Notes: generated by a model not told the origin, from the sequence alone. DNA of 64,000 bases from Acidobacteriota bacterium (GCA_046726375.1 JBKPAJ010000062.1:2498-66497), one strand, 5' to 3'; counted from the first letter of the stretch, positions 38,449-47,989 are shown. Numbers and translations are program-made.

Positions 38449-40509
38449 ATGAAACATGTATTGACCTGGATCGTCTCTAGTGCCCTTGTCTTCGCGGCCG
38501 GTTGTTCGGGCGAATCGCGGCCCAATGCCGCGGCTCCTGCGGCGGCGCCCAAACCGTCGACTTCGGGAATCGACATGATGTCGGTCGAGAAGAACGTCCG
38601 CCCGCAGGACGATCTCTTCCACCATGTGAATGGCGCCTGGCTGTCGAAGACCGAGATTCCGGCAGACAAGTCGTCGTATGGCGCGTTCGACATGCTCGTT
38701 GACAAAGCGCAAGACGATCTGCGGGCCATCGTCGAGGACGCCGCCAAAAGCAGCAACAAGCCACTCGGATCGGACGCGCAGAAGATCGGCGACTTCTACG
38801 AGAGCTTCATGAACGAATCACGCACGAATGAGATCGGCCACAAGCCGCTCGAGTCGGAGCTGGCCGCCGTCGACCGCATCGCCAGCAAGACCGACCTTGC
38901 GCGCTACTTCGCGCGTATGTTCAAGCTGAATTTGATCAACCCGCTGGTCGGCTTCGTGGATGGCGACGCCAAACAACCCGATCACGACATTCTGTATGTG
39001 CATCAGGGTGGCCTCGGCCTGCCGGATAGGGATTACTACCTGAAGGACGAGCCAGCGCTCAAGACCTACCGCGAGAAATACGTCGCATTTGTCGCGGACA
39101 TCCTCAAGCAGGCCAACCAGCAGACTGCCGACCAAACGGCGCGGCAGATCTACGACCTCGAAGCGCGGCTTGCGCGCGCGCACTGGACCAACGTCGAGAG
39201 CCGCGATGCGGTGAAGACGTACAACAAAGTGGCGCTCGCCGATTTACCGACGCAGTTCCCCGGTTTCGATTGGGCTGCCTGGACAGGCGAGCTCGGAATC
39301 AGCGGCGCACCTGCGGTCGTCATCGCACAGCCAAGTTATGTCAAAGCGTTGGCCGCCATCGTCAACGAGTTGCCGGTCGATCGATGGAAGCCCTATATCC
39401 GCGCGTCCATCCTGAACGGATTTGCGCCCTATCTGAACAAGTCGATGGTAGACGCCGAGTTTGGCTTCTACGGGCAAACGCTGCGCGGCGTCAAAGAGAA
39501 CGAACCGCGTTGGAAACGCGCCATCAAGACGATCAACGGCAACCTTGGCGAGATGCTCGGTAAGCTCTACGTGGCGCGGCATTTCAAGCCCGAGGCCAAG
39601 GCACGCATGGAGCAGCTCGTCGAAAACCTGCGCGTCGCGTTCAAGGATGGCATCGACCAGCTCGAATGGATGACGCCCGAGACCAAGAAGCAGGCACAGG
39701 AGAAGCTCGCCAGGTTCCGGCCGAAGATCGGCTATCCGAACAAATGGCGCGACTACTCACGCGTCAACGTGATCAAGGACGATCTCGTCGGCAACGTCAC
39801 GCGCGCGTTCATCGCGGAAAGCGAGTTCCAGCTCGCCAAGGTCGGCAAACCGATCGACCCGGAGCAATGGGGCATGACGCCACAGACGATCAACGCGTAC
39901 TACAATCCGGTCCGCAACGAAATCGTCTTCCCCGCGGCGATCCTACAGCCGCCGTTCTTCAATCTCGAAGCGGATGATGCGGTGAACTACGGCGGCATCG
40001 GTGCGGTGATTGGCCACGAGATGGGACACGGCTTCGACGACCAGGGACGCCGCTACGATGGCAGCGGCGTGCTGCGCGACTGGTGGTCGCCGAAAGACGC
40101 GGAGGAATACACCAAGCGCGCCAAGCTCCTCGTCGAACAGTACAACGAGTTCGAGCCGCTCAAGGGGCTGCATGTCAACGGCGCGTTGACGCTCGGCGAG
40201 AACATCGGCGATCTCACCGGCGCAGTGATCGCCAAGCGCGCTTACGAGTTGTCACTCGGCGGCAAACCGGCACCCACTATCGATGGGCTGAATGCGGATC
40301 AGCGGTACTACATGGGATGGGCGCAGATCTGGCGCGCGAAGCAGCGCGACGATGCAATGCGACAGCAGGTGATGACGAATCCGCATTCGCCCGAGATGTA
40401 TCGGGCGAACGGACCGCTGCGAAATATCGCGGAGTTCTACAGCACCTTTGACGTCAAAGAGGGCGACAAGATGTGGCTGACGCCGGAGAAGCGCACGAAA
40501 ATCTGGTAG
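38449..40509 (+). CDS. pepO: M13-family zinc metallopeptidase (PepO / endothelin-converting-enzyme-like), lipoprotein
   Basis: The start is set at MKHVLTWIVSSALVFAAGCSG (lipobox). NAYYNP, GAVIGHEMGHGFDDQG (HExxH) and ENIGDLTG are present. Confidence 0.9.
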   Translation: MKHVLTWIVSSALVFAAGCSGESRPNAAAPAAAPKPSTSGIDMMSVEKNVRPQDDLFHHVNGAWLSKTEIPADKSSYGAFDMLVDKAQDDLRAIVEDAAKSSNKPLGSDAQKIGDFYESFMNESRTNEIGHKPLESELAAVDRIASKTDLARYFARMFKLNLINPLVGFVDGDAKQPDHDILYVHQGGLGLPDRDYYLKDEPALKTYREKYVAFVADILKQANQQTADQTARQIYDLEARLARAHWTNVESRDAVKTYNKVALADLPTQFPGFDWAAWTGELGISGAPAVVIAQPSYVKALAAIVNELPVDRWKPYIRASILNGFAPYLNKSMVDAEFGFYGQTLRGVKENEPRWKRAIKTINGNLGEMLGKLYVARHFKPEAKARMEQLVENLRVAFKDGIDQLEWMTPETKKQAQEKLARFRPKIGYPNKWRDYSRVNVIKDDLVGNVTRAFIAESEFQLAKVGKPIDPEQWGMTPQTINAYYNPVRNEIVFPAAILQPPFFNLEADDAVNYGGIGAVIGHEMGHGFDDQGRRYDGSGVLRDWWSPKDAEEYTKRAKLLVEQYNEFEPLKGLHVNGALTLGENIGDLTGAVIAKRAYELSLGGKPAPTIDGLNADQRYYMGWAQIWRAKQRDDAMRQQVMTNPHSPEMYRANGPLRNIAEFYSTFDVKEGDKMWLTPEKRTKIW

Positions 40510-40510
40510 C

Positions 40511-40531
40511 GAGGCCGCACGGCGCGGCCTC
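40511..40531 (+). terminator. Stem-loop directly after the pepO stop
   Basis: GAGGCCGC acggc GCGGCCTC (8-bp GC stem). No U-tract follows, so its function is uncertain. Confidence 0.35.
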
Positions 40532-40570
40532 ATCGAGCGGCGGGTGTATCGAAATGGTGGCGCGCCTCAG

Positions 40571-40705
40571 GTAGCGGCGGACCTCGATGTCCGCCGGACC
40601 CCTTGCAGCCTGCATGTAGCGGCGCATGCAGCCCTCATGTAGCGGCGGACCTTGAGGTGCGCCCGACCGGCGCGGCTTCATGTCGCGGCGGACTTTAGGC
40701 TCGGC
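40571..40705. repeat. Cluster of four GTAG-headed REP-like palindromic units
   Basis: GTAGCGGCGGACCtcgatGTCCGCCgg (40571), GTAGCGGCGCATGCAG (40616), GTAGCGGCGGACCTTGAGGTGCGCC (40639), GTCGCGGCGGACTTTAGG (40682). The cluster lies between convergent genes. Confidence 0.65.
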
Positions 40706-41563
40706 CTATGGCCGCGCGGCGTTGAACGTATCGCACGCGTTGAGATCGCCCGTTTGCAACCCTCGCTGCAGCCAACTGGCGCGCTGCTCCGACGATCCGT
40801 GCGTGAACGATTCAGGCACGACGTAACCTTGCGTCTTGCGCTGCAGGCGATCGTCTCCGATCGCTGCTGCGGCCCGAAGTCCTTCCTCCACGTCGCCCTG
40901 CTCGAGCAGTTGGCGTTGTTGGGCGTGATGGCCCCACACACCTGCGAGACAGTCGGCCTGCAACTCCATGCGAACCGACAGCTCGGTCGAATCCGCCTCC
41001 GAGCCGCTCTGGCGGGCGCGCTGCACGCGGTCAGAAATGCCCATCAGTGTCTGCACATGGTGTCCGACCTCGTGCGCGACCACATACGCTTGTGCAAAGT
41101 CGCCCGGCGCGCCAAAGCGCCGATCGAGATCACGGAAGAACGAAAGATCGAGATAGACCTTATGGTCGCTCGGGCAATAGAACGGGCCCACGGCCGCTGA
41201 CGCAAAGCCGCACGCCGATCGCACCTGCCCATCGAACAACACGAGCACCGGCTCTTCGTAGCTCCTGCCCTGCCTTGCGAAGATCTGGTTCCACGTGTCC
41301 TCGGTGTCGCCGAGAACGGCCGCGACAAATCGCGCCTGGGGATCGCTCGGATCAACGCCCGTCGTAGGTGCCGACGTGTCGGCCGGCGCCGGAGCGGTTG
41401 AGTCGACTTGAGAAAGCAGCTCGAGAGGATTCCGTCCGGTGATAAAGGAAACGAGCAGCACCAGGATGAGCATCCCGATGCCGCCACCGCCGATCATGGT
41501 GCCGCCGCTCATGCCGCGACGGTCCTGAATATTGGTGCTCTGCCGAGCGCTTTCCCAGCGCAT
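40706..41563 (-). CDS. ypfJ: YpfJ-family neutral zinc metallopeptidase
   Basis: MRWESARQSTNIQDRRG...TM...CGFASAAVGPFYCPSDHKVYLD...VVAHEVGHHVQ... Confidence 0.85.
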   Translation of the reverse strand: MRWESARQSTNIQDRRGMSGGTMIGGGGIGMLILVLLVSFITGRNPLELLSQVDSTAPAPADTSAPTTGVDPSDPQARFVAAVLGDTEDTWNQIFARQGRSYEEPVLVLFDGQVRSACGFASAAVGPFYCPSDHKVYLDLSFFRDLDRRFGAPGDFAQAYVVAHEVGHHVQTLMGISDRVQRARQSGSEADSTELSVRMELQADCLAGVWGHHAQQRQLLEQGDVEEGLRAAAAIGDDRLQRKTQGYVVPESFTHGSSEQRASWLQRGLQTGDLNACDTFNAARP

Positions 41564-41622
41564 GAGTTTCCCTCCCCTGGCGGCTGTGGCCGCCGAGGAG
41601 GGGAAAGCAACTCAGGTACCAC

Positions 41623-42156
41623 CTACGGCTTCTTCGATTCGAGATCCTCCAGCCGTTTGCGCAGCTCGTCCATCTCTGCACGCAATGCCTCCAGCGGACT
41701 CGTGTTCATTGCGGCGTCGGGCCACGCGCCGAAGCCCGCGTCAGGGCGGAGCGGGCTGATGCGCGGCCCGCCGGGGCACGTCACGCCGGGGTTGAACTGA
41801 AAGATGCCTGTCTGGTTTGCGTTGTCGGACCATGAACCGCTGAAGGTTGACAGGAAGATCGTTGCTCTCGTGTGAAGACCGTACCCTTGTTCGGTGATCG
41901 TCGTCAGCCCGATGATCACGCTACCGTTTACCTGTGGCACCGCAACGCCCCACGCCGGCAAACTCGCGTTGCCTCCGCATTGCGCCTCGAATCCATTCAA
42001 CAGGTATACGGCGCCCTGTTGAGTGACATTTAAATTGAGCACGCTGCCGAACGGCTGCAGCTGCCAGCGAAAGGTGCCAAGCGGCTGCGCGAACGCGCTG
42101 CCGGCGGTGAAAGCGAACGTGGCGAGCATCAGTACTGCGATCCGACGAAGAGTCAT
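41623..42156 (-). CDS. Secreted hypothetical protein
   Basis: The start is set at MTLRRIAVLMLATFAFTAGSAFAQ (signal peptide). The C-terminal tail is helical (LEALRAEMDELRKRLEDLESKKP). Confidence 0.55.
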   Translation of the reverse strand: MTLRRIAVLMLATFAFTAGSAFAQPLGTFRWQLQPFGSVLNLNVTQQGAVYLLNGFEAQCGGNASLPAWGVAVPQVNGSVIIGLTTITEQGYGLHTRATIFLSTFSGSWSDNANQTGIFQFNPGVTCPGGPRISPLRPDAGFGAWPDAAMNTSPLEALRAEMDELRKRLEDLESKKP

Positions 42157-42209
42157 GTGGCCTCCATTGACGGGCCACACACTAGATCGTCTGTGGACAC
42201 GGCGCAAGC

Positions 42210-42633
42210 ATGAAACGCGCGCGGGCCGAACCGAATCCGGCAGACCTTCCGACCTACCGACCCGACATGCGCTCCTTGCGCCGCCGCAAGGCTCTGCCCG
42301 GCGAGCTTCAGATGTTCAAGGCGCAGTTCTTCCGGGCACTCGCTCATCCCACGCGGATCCGAATACTGGAGATCCTCGTGCGAGGCGGACGTATGGTGCA
42401 GGAGCTGCAGCAGAACTCGCGCTCGACCAGCCGATCGTGTCGCAGCAGCTGGCGGCACTCCGCAATCAGGGCATCGTGTCGGCGCAAAAAGGAGGGATTG
42501 TCAGTGCGATACGCGCTGCGCGACCCGCTCGTCGGCGCTCCTGCTCGATGTGGCTCGGAGAATCGTTGATAACCGACTGGGCAACTCGACGGGGTGGCTC
42601 CGTGAACTGCGGAGAGAGAGCCGTCGAGGATAA
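42210..42633 (+). pseudogene. ArsR/SmtB-family transcriptional regulator, three frameshifts
   Basis: The wHTH sequence is split across frames. Frame 0 gives FRALAHPTRIRILEILVRGGRMVQELQQ. Frame 2 gives ELALDQPIVSQQLAALRNQGIVSA. Frame 0 then gives KKEGLSVRYALRDPLV. Frame 1 gives ALLLDVARRIVDNRLGNSTGWLRELRRESRRG*. The switches are near 42411-42416, 42486-42490 (A5) and 42531-42540. Confidence 0.75.
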
Positions 42634-42740
42634 CGGGCGAGCGGGATGTCAATCGTCAAGGGCTCGCGGGGAATTCACGGTCGAGGTTCGACGCCAAAAC
42701 CTCGTCGCGACCTGAATTTACGCTTAGACTGACCGGGCTC

Positions 42741-45545
42741 GTGTCTCTTGCCCTCGGCACTCGTCTCGGCCCGTACGAGGTGTTGTCGCTGCTTGGAGCC
42801 GGCGGTATGGGCGAGGTGTATCGCGCGCACGATACGCAACTGAAGCGCGACGTGGCGATCAAGGTTCTGCCGGACCCCGTTTCCGAGGATCCGGACCGGC
42901 TCGCCAGATTCCAGCGTGAAGCGGAACTTCTCGCAGTTTTGAATCATCCGAATATCGCTGCCGTCTACGGGCTCGCAGAAGCCGATGGTGTTACCGCCAT
43001 CGTGCTCGAGCTCGTCGAGGGTGAAACGCTGGCAGAAAGAATCGACGCGTCGAGGGCGACAGGCTCGGGGCTCGCCGTCAGCGAGGCGCTCGATATCGCG
43101 AAGCAGATTGCCGACGCGCTCGAAGCGGCGCACGAGAAGGGCGTCATCCATCGCGATCTGAAGCCCGCCAACATCAAGATTACGAACGACGGCACAACCA
43201 AAGTCCTCGATTTTGGTCTGGCAAAGATGCTCGAACCGCCCGTACGGTCCCCGGTGCTGACGATGTCACCCACCTACGGCGTCCACGCGACCCATGCGGG
43301 GGTGATTCTGGGTACGGCGGCTTACATGAGCCCCGAGCAGGCGCGCGGAAAACCCGTGGATCGCCGCACCGACGTCTGGTCGTTCGGGTGCGTGCTGTTT
43401 GAAATGCTCACGGGCGCGCGGCCGTTCGACGCCGGCGAGACGGTGTCGGATGCCATTGCGAGCATTCTCACGCGCGAGCCCGACCTGAACACGCTGCCGC
43501 CGGACACGCCGCCGAACATCCGTGTGCTACTGCGCCGCTGCCTGCAAAAAGATCCAAAGCGGCGGCTGCCGCACATCGGCGTCGCGCGGCTGGAGATCGA
43601 AGAAACTGCCACCTCGGCGTCGATGGCCGCGCCGCCGGTTCCCGCGGCCGCAACGACCGGCACGCTTTTGCGCCTGGCATGGGCATGCGCTGGCGTGGCA
43701 GCCGTCGTCGCCGCCGTGCTCGCCGCGATCATGCTTCAGCATCGCGAGCCCGACGCTCTAGGCGCCGTACGGTTTGCGATCGAACCGCCAGCGGGCCTGC
43801 GGATCGGCAGCAATGTCGCTCAACGTGGGCCTGGTACTCCGGCTGCGCACTTCGCTCCATCTCCCGACGCCAGTCGCATCGCGTACGTCATGCACGGCGA
43901 CAGCGAGGCGCCGCGTCTCTGGGTGCGCCGTCTCGACGGGAACGAGGCACAGGCGGTGGCCGGAACCGACGAGGCCTCCTTTCCATTCTGGTCGCCCGAT
44001 AGCGCCGTCATCGCTTTCTTCGCTCAGGCCAAGCTGAAAAAGATTGCGGTCTCGGGCGGCGCCGCGCACACCATCTGCGACGCCGCAGCGGGTGAAGGCG
44101 GCACGTGGAATCGCACGGGCGACATTGTCTTTGCGCCCGGCGAAGGGACTGGATTACTGAAGGTGTCGGCATCGGGCGGCATACCCACGGCCGTGACGAC
44201 CCTCGATACCGCCTCTGGCGAGACGGCGCACAGCTGGCCACAATTCCTCCCCGACGACCGTCACTTTCTATACCTCGCACGATTACGGCAGCCGCGAGGA
44301 ACGACAGGGCCCGGTGACCAGTCTCGCTTCGCGGTATACGTTGCCTCCCTGGACTCAACCGATCGAGCGCTGATTCTCTCTGATGCCCCGCGCGCGCAAT
44401 ACGCCGCAGGTCATCTACTGTTCGTTCGCGACGGAACGCTGATGGCGCAGCGATTCGACGTTGCCTCTCTCCGCTTGACCGGCGCGCCGACGTCAGTTGC
44501 CGAGCAGGTCGCAACCAACGTCGGCAACGGCCGGACAGGTTTTGCGGCGTCGCAACACCTGCTTACGTATCGATCGGTCGCGACTCAGGATATCGGAAAT
44601 GTCCTGTCCTGGTTCGACCGTACGGGAAGACGGCTCGAATCGATCGGCGGCCGTTCGCCGTACGCGACGGTTCGACTGTCGCCCGACGGGAAGGCGCTCG
44701 CGGCACATATCACGCACATCAGTACCAGCGCAGCGAATGTCCTCACCGCGCCGGGAGATCTTTGGACCTTTGATCTGACACGGGGCGGAATCCCGTCGCG
44801 GCTCACGGCCACGCCTGAGGAGCGCGAAGACGGTCTCGTGTGGTATCCCGACGGCAGCCGCATCGCGTTCGCCGCCGCGAAAGGTGGAGGCCCAACTACG
44901 GTTCTGATGCAGCAGCCCAGCAACGGCGTGGGCGACGCCGAAGTGCTGCTCGACTCGCCTGAAACAAAGCGGCCGTGGTCCTGGTCGCCCGATGGACGAT
45001 ACATCGCGTTCTATCAGGTGAGCCCGAAGACTCTGGGCGATATCTGGCTGCTCCCGCTGTTCGGTGATCGCAAACCGTCTCCGTTCGTTCAAACCGAATT
45101 CAATGAAGGTATCCCGATGTTCTCACCCGACGGGCGATGGATCGCCTACCAGTCGGACGAAGCGGGCGGGTCTGCGCCGGGACGCGCAGGAATCTCAGAC
45201 ATCTACGTGCGCTCATTTCCGTCAGGCGACCGCAAGATTCGCATCTCGCAAAGCAGTGGATCGTACCCGCAGTGGCGAGCGGACGGGAAGGAGTTGTTCT
45301 ATTTCGACGCGGCCGGACGCGCCCTCTTTGCCGTGCCCATCAAGACAGAACCGACATTCGAAGCGGGGTTACCCCGCAAACTGTTCGATGCACCGGCCCG
45401 CAGCGGCCCTGCGATCGGGCAATACTCGATCACGCCGGATGGATCGCGCATTCTGATGATTGAAACCGGTGAATCGGTGCGAGCCCCTGCGGATGCGCCG
45501 ATTATGGTCGTCGTGAACTGGGCCGAGCGGCTCGCGGCTCAGTAA
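42741..45545 (+). CDS. Ser/Thr protein kinase fused to a TolB-like beta-propeller domain
   Basis: LGAGGMGEVYRA, HRDLKPANIKI, DFGLAK and GTAAYMSPEQ, then one TM segment. The C-terminal part has repeated SPDG..IAF/..SPDGR.IAY motifs, as in TolB/WD40-like propellers. Confidence 0.9.
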   Translation: MSLALGTRLGPYEVLSLLGAGGMGEVYRAHDTQLKRDVAIKVLPDPVSEDPDRLARFQREAELLAVLNHPNIAAVYGLAEADGVTAIVLELVEGETLAERIDASRATGSGLAVSEALDIAKQIADALEAAHEKGVIHRDLKPANIKITNDGTTKVLDFGLAKMLEPPVRSPVLTMSPTYGVHATHAGVILGTAAYMSPEQARGKPVDRRTDVWSFGCVLFEMLTGARPFDAGETVSDAIASILTREPDLNTLPPDTPPNIRVLLRRCLQKDPKRRLPHIGVARLEIEETATSASMAAPPVPAAATTGTLLRLAWACAGVAAVVAAVLAAIMLQHREPDALGAVRFAIEPPAGLRIGSNVAQRGPGTPAAHFAPSPDASRIAYVMHGDSEAPRLWVRRLDGNEAQAVAGTDEASFPFWSPDSAVIAFFAQAKLKKIAVSGGAAHTICDAAAGEGGTWNRTGDIVFAPGEGTGLLKVSASGGIPTAVTTLDTASGETAHSWPQFLPDDRHFLYLARLRQPRGTTGPGDQSRFAVYVASLDSTDRALILSDAPRAQYAAGHLLFVRDGTLMAQRFDVASLRLTGAPTSVAEQVATNVGNGRTGFAASQHLLTYRSVATQDIGNVLSWFDRTGRRLESIGGRSPYATVRLSPDGKALAAHITHISTSAANVLTAPGDLWTFDLTRGGIPSRLTATPEEREDGLVWYPDGSRIAFAAAKGGGPTTVLMQQPSNGVGDAEVLLDSPETKRPWSWSPDGRYIAFYQVSPKTLGDIWLLPLFGDRKPSPFVQTEFNEGIPMFSPDGRWIAYQSDEAGGSAPGRAGISDIYVRSFPSGDRKIRISQSSGSYPQWRADGKELFYFDAAGRALFAVPIKTEPTFEAGLPRKLFDAPARSGPAIGQYSITPDGSRILMIETGESVRAPADAPIMVVVNWAERLAAQ

Positions 45546-45747
45546 GCGCGTGCGCGCCTGCGCTTTCCGGACGACAGCGTCCATCCCTTCGAGTTCGGAG
45601 ACGAGGACCTGAGGATCGACCTCCGCAACCGCCGCGCGCACCGCGCTCGCAATCTGCGCTGTATCGCCCGCCGTTCGGACCGCCCATCGGTTCACCCCAC
45701 CGCCAAGAAACTTCTCCACGACGTACACCTGTTCCCGGCCTGGTTCT
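45546..45747 (-). pseudogene. Remnant of an ADOP/MacB-type permease periplasmic domain
   Basis: The minus-strand translation is GREQVYVVEKFLGGGVNRWAVRTAGDTAQIASAVRAAVAEVDPQVLVSELEGMDAVVRKAQARTRL. It matches the conserved segment just before the last FtsX domain of these permeases. No TM part follows, because the fragment abuts the kinase gene's 3' end. Confidence 0.5.
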
Positions 45748-46313
45748 CAAAGCGACGTCACACGCTGACAGTCTTGGCGCTGCGAAAACTTGCGCAGAAC
45801 TGCACACGGTGTCGACAGACGCGCGCGCGCCACTCGCGGCGATGCAGAGCCTTTCGTCTGCCTCGAAGCAGACATTCACCTCCCGGCACGGTCGCTCCAG
45901 AGTGAATCCGCCATTTTGCGGCTGGCATTTGCATTGCTCTTTGAAAGTCCGCCGCATGAAAGCGCTTGGACGCAACGACACGTCTGAGTTCCTGGTCCGC
46001 GAACCACCGGAGCTGCACGCCCTTGGCTGCTTTGTGCACGGGGCTCTGACCGCGCTGCACGCGCTGGGCGCGGTGTACAACTGCCGACGCCGTAACTGGT
46101 GGGATGTGGCCGCGCACATTGCAGCCGCCCTCTATGATGCGCGCTCGGTGCATCACCACTATCGCACCGAAAAAATCGCGAGGCGCCGAGTGTCGGCCGC
46201 TCGCGCGACCTTGGGCTCACGTTCCTCGCGATCAAACGCCGAAGTCGCGACCGAGTGCGTTGTGCAAGGTGCTGGTCAATTCAGCCAGAATGCCCCTTGT
46301 CGCCATCCGGCTA

Positions 46314-46479
46314 CTAGTCCCCTGGAAACGAGAGGCGTTGCATAAGTCCCGGAGCGCGGCGCCCGGATCGCAAGGCGCGCCGACCGCGCATGTTGCGCAT
46401 ATGCAAGGGAGAAGCAACGCCCCGAGCCGGGATGCCCCGCCCGAGAATTATGCGATGCCTCTCGTTTCCAGGGGACTAG
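46314..46479 (+). other. ~166-nt imperfect long inverted repeat / candidate structured RNA
   Basis: The 23-nt perfect arms are CTAGTCCCCTGGAAACGAGAGGC and GCCTCTCGTTTCCAGGGGACTAG. The pairing is extended by GTTGCATAA:TTATGCGAT and GTCCCGG:CCGGGAT, which is possible only with G-T (G-U) pairs on the plus strand. Two internal hairpins are present. Confidence 0.4.
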
Positions 46480-46584
46480 CCCCGACGAGCCTTCAGCAGC
46501 GCAACGGCGTTTATCGCTAGTCGAAGCGTCGAACCGGTAAAGACTCAATACTCCGCCACGCAATTTGTCGATGCCTTCCATGCC

Positions 46585-47931
46585 TCACTGCGGTGGAAGA
46601 TCCCGCAACAGGTACACGGCCGATGACAGGTAGTAGTTTCGGGCGATGGCGTTGATCTGCCGCTCGCCGAGCTCAATGAGTGCCTGGGCCTTGATCCTCT
46701 TCGCGCCAGTGTTTGCGGTGTCATTCTTCAAGACGTAGTCGGCAAGTTCGGCCGCCCACTTGAAGTCGCTGGCGGCCAGCGCCGCGCGCCCGCGTGCCAA
46801 CACCTGGTCGGGACCACCAATCAGGGCGACCAGCTTTGCTGCGCGATCCTTCTCAGGAAGGGGAGACAGGTTGGTGGCGTTTCCGTCGAACCAGCCGACA
46901 CGGTCCGCGTAGATGCCGCGCACGGTCCACTCGACGCCGCCGTAGAACTCCTGGAGGTATGGGTTCTCCGCCAGAGGGGGTGGAAGCTTGACGTGCTGCA
47001 CCAGTTCGTCGGGACGTTGGCCCTGCTTCATCCCCTGGATCGTCTGATCGAGAATGGACTTGATGCCATCGCGGTACGCCGTGAGCGCGGCGCGCGCGGC
47101 GGCGCCACCCAGAACGGGGCGCGTGTGGCTCGGCACCACGTCCTCCGGTCCCAGCTCGATCATCTTCTCCAGACTGGCGATCCAATCTTCGGGAGTACGT
47201 GGCCGCGCGCCCCGAATCGGGCTGATGTTGGGGAAGGCGCGCAGGAAGTCGTCTCCGGGCATCAAGACGCGCTTCTCAGGCAGCCAGACCGAGATTGCGT
47301 CCGCGGTCTCGCCGGGTGTGTACAGAAGCTGCAGCCGCACGCCGGCAATCGTCAGCAGCAGTTGGTCGCCGCTGAACGTGCGCGTGGGAGGCAGGTGCCC
47401 TTCCCGAGTAGGAGGCGTGACCCGCCCATATTCCATTTGAACGCCCGCGTTGATATACATCGGCTCCGGCAGCGCCATGCCGAACTGGTCGCCGCCATCG
47501 CGCCCGGCGCGGCCGATGTCCAGCACCGCCTCGACGAGCCGCTGATGGCTAAAGATCTCAGGATGATCCGTTCCGGCAAAAACACGCGCCCCGCCGGTGT
47601 GGTCCGGGTGGGAGTGGGTGTAGATGATCGCACGCACCGGCGCGCGGAGTAGATCGCCGAACGCGGTCCTGATGGCGCGCGCGGCCACTGGGTCCGTGGC
47701 CGTATCCACGAGGATGGACCCGGTGTCGCCCTGGATCAGGATCACGTTGCTGGCCGAGTAACCCACGGCCACGTACACACCGTCGGTGACCCGGATCACT
47801 TCCTTGCGGAACTCGTTCGACTGCGCCCGTAATTTCTCGCGTTCGGTGTAATCCTGGGCAGCCGCAGAGATGCACGAGGCGAGGAGCACCGTCATCGCCA
47901 CTGCGGATGTCCGACAAACCCAACCCTGCAT
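46585..47931 (-). CDS. MBL-fold alkyl/aryl-sulfatase-like protein (no SCP2 tail)
   Basis: Signal peptide. NVILIQGDTGSILVDT...AIIYTHSHPDHTGG. The C-terminal helical part resembles an alkyl-sulfatase dimerisation domain. Confidence 0.75.
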   Translation of the reverse strand: MQGWVCRTSAVAMTVLLASCISAAAQDYTEREKLRAQSNEFRKEVIRVTDGVYVAVGYSASNVILIQGDTGSILVDTATDPVAARAIRTAFGDLLRAPVRAIIYTHSHPDHTGGARVFAGTDHPEIFSHQRLVEAVLDIGRAGRDGGDQFGMALPEPMYINAGVQMEYGRVTPPTREGHLPPTRTFSGDQLLLTIAGVRLQLLYTPGETADAISVWLPEKRVLMPGDDFLRAFPNISPIRGARPRTPEDWIASLEKMIELGPEDVVPSHTRPVLGGAAARAALTAYRDGIKSILDQTIQGMKQGQRPDELVQHVKLPPPLAENPYLQEFYGGVEWTVRGIYADRVGWFDGNATNLSPLPEKDRAAKLVALIGGPDQVLARGRAALAASDFKWAAELADYVLKNDTANTGAKRIKAQALIELGERQINAIARNYYLSSAVYLLRDLPPQ

Positions 47932-47989
47932 CTGATTCTCCCGTTAGTGTGTCTTAAGGATAAGACTCAGACGCCGAGGATTTAGACCC

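Noticed and set aside
45956-46345. Plus-strand ORF (MKALGRNDTSEFLV…) upstream of and running into the structured element.
   Set aside because: A two-helix hydrophobic segment is plausible. However, the C-terminal third is encoded by the inverted-repeat arm, and no RBS or family match is evident. It is not reported as a feature.
46314-46479. Retron msr/msd or 6S RNA interpretation of the long end-paired element.
   Set aside because: No reverse-transcriptase ORF follows on either strand. The helix lacks the large central bubble of 6S RNA. It is kept only as an unclassified structured element or MITE candidate.
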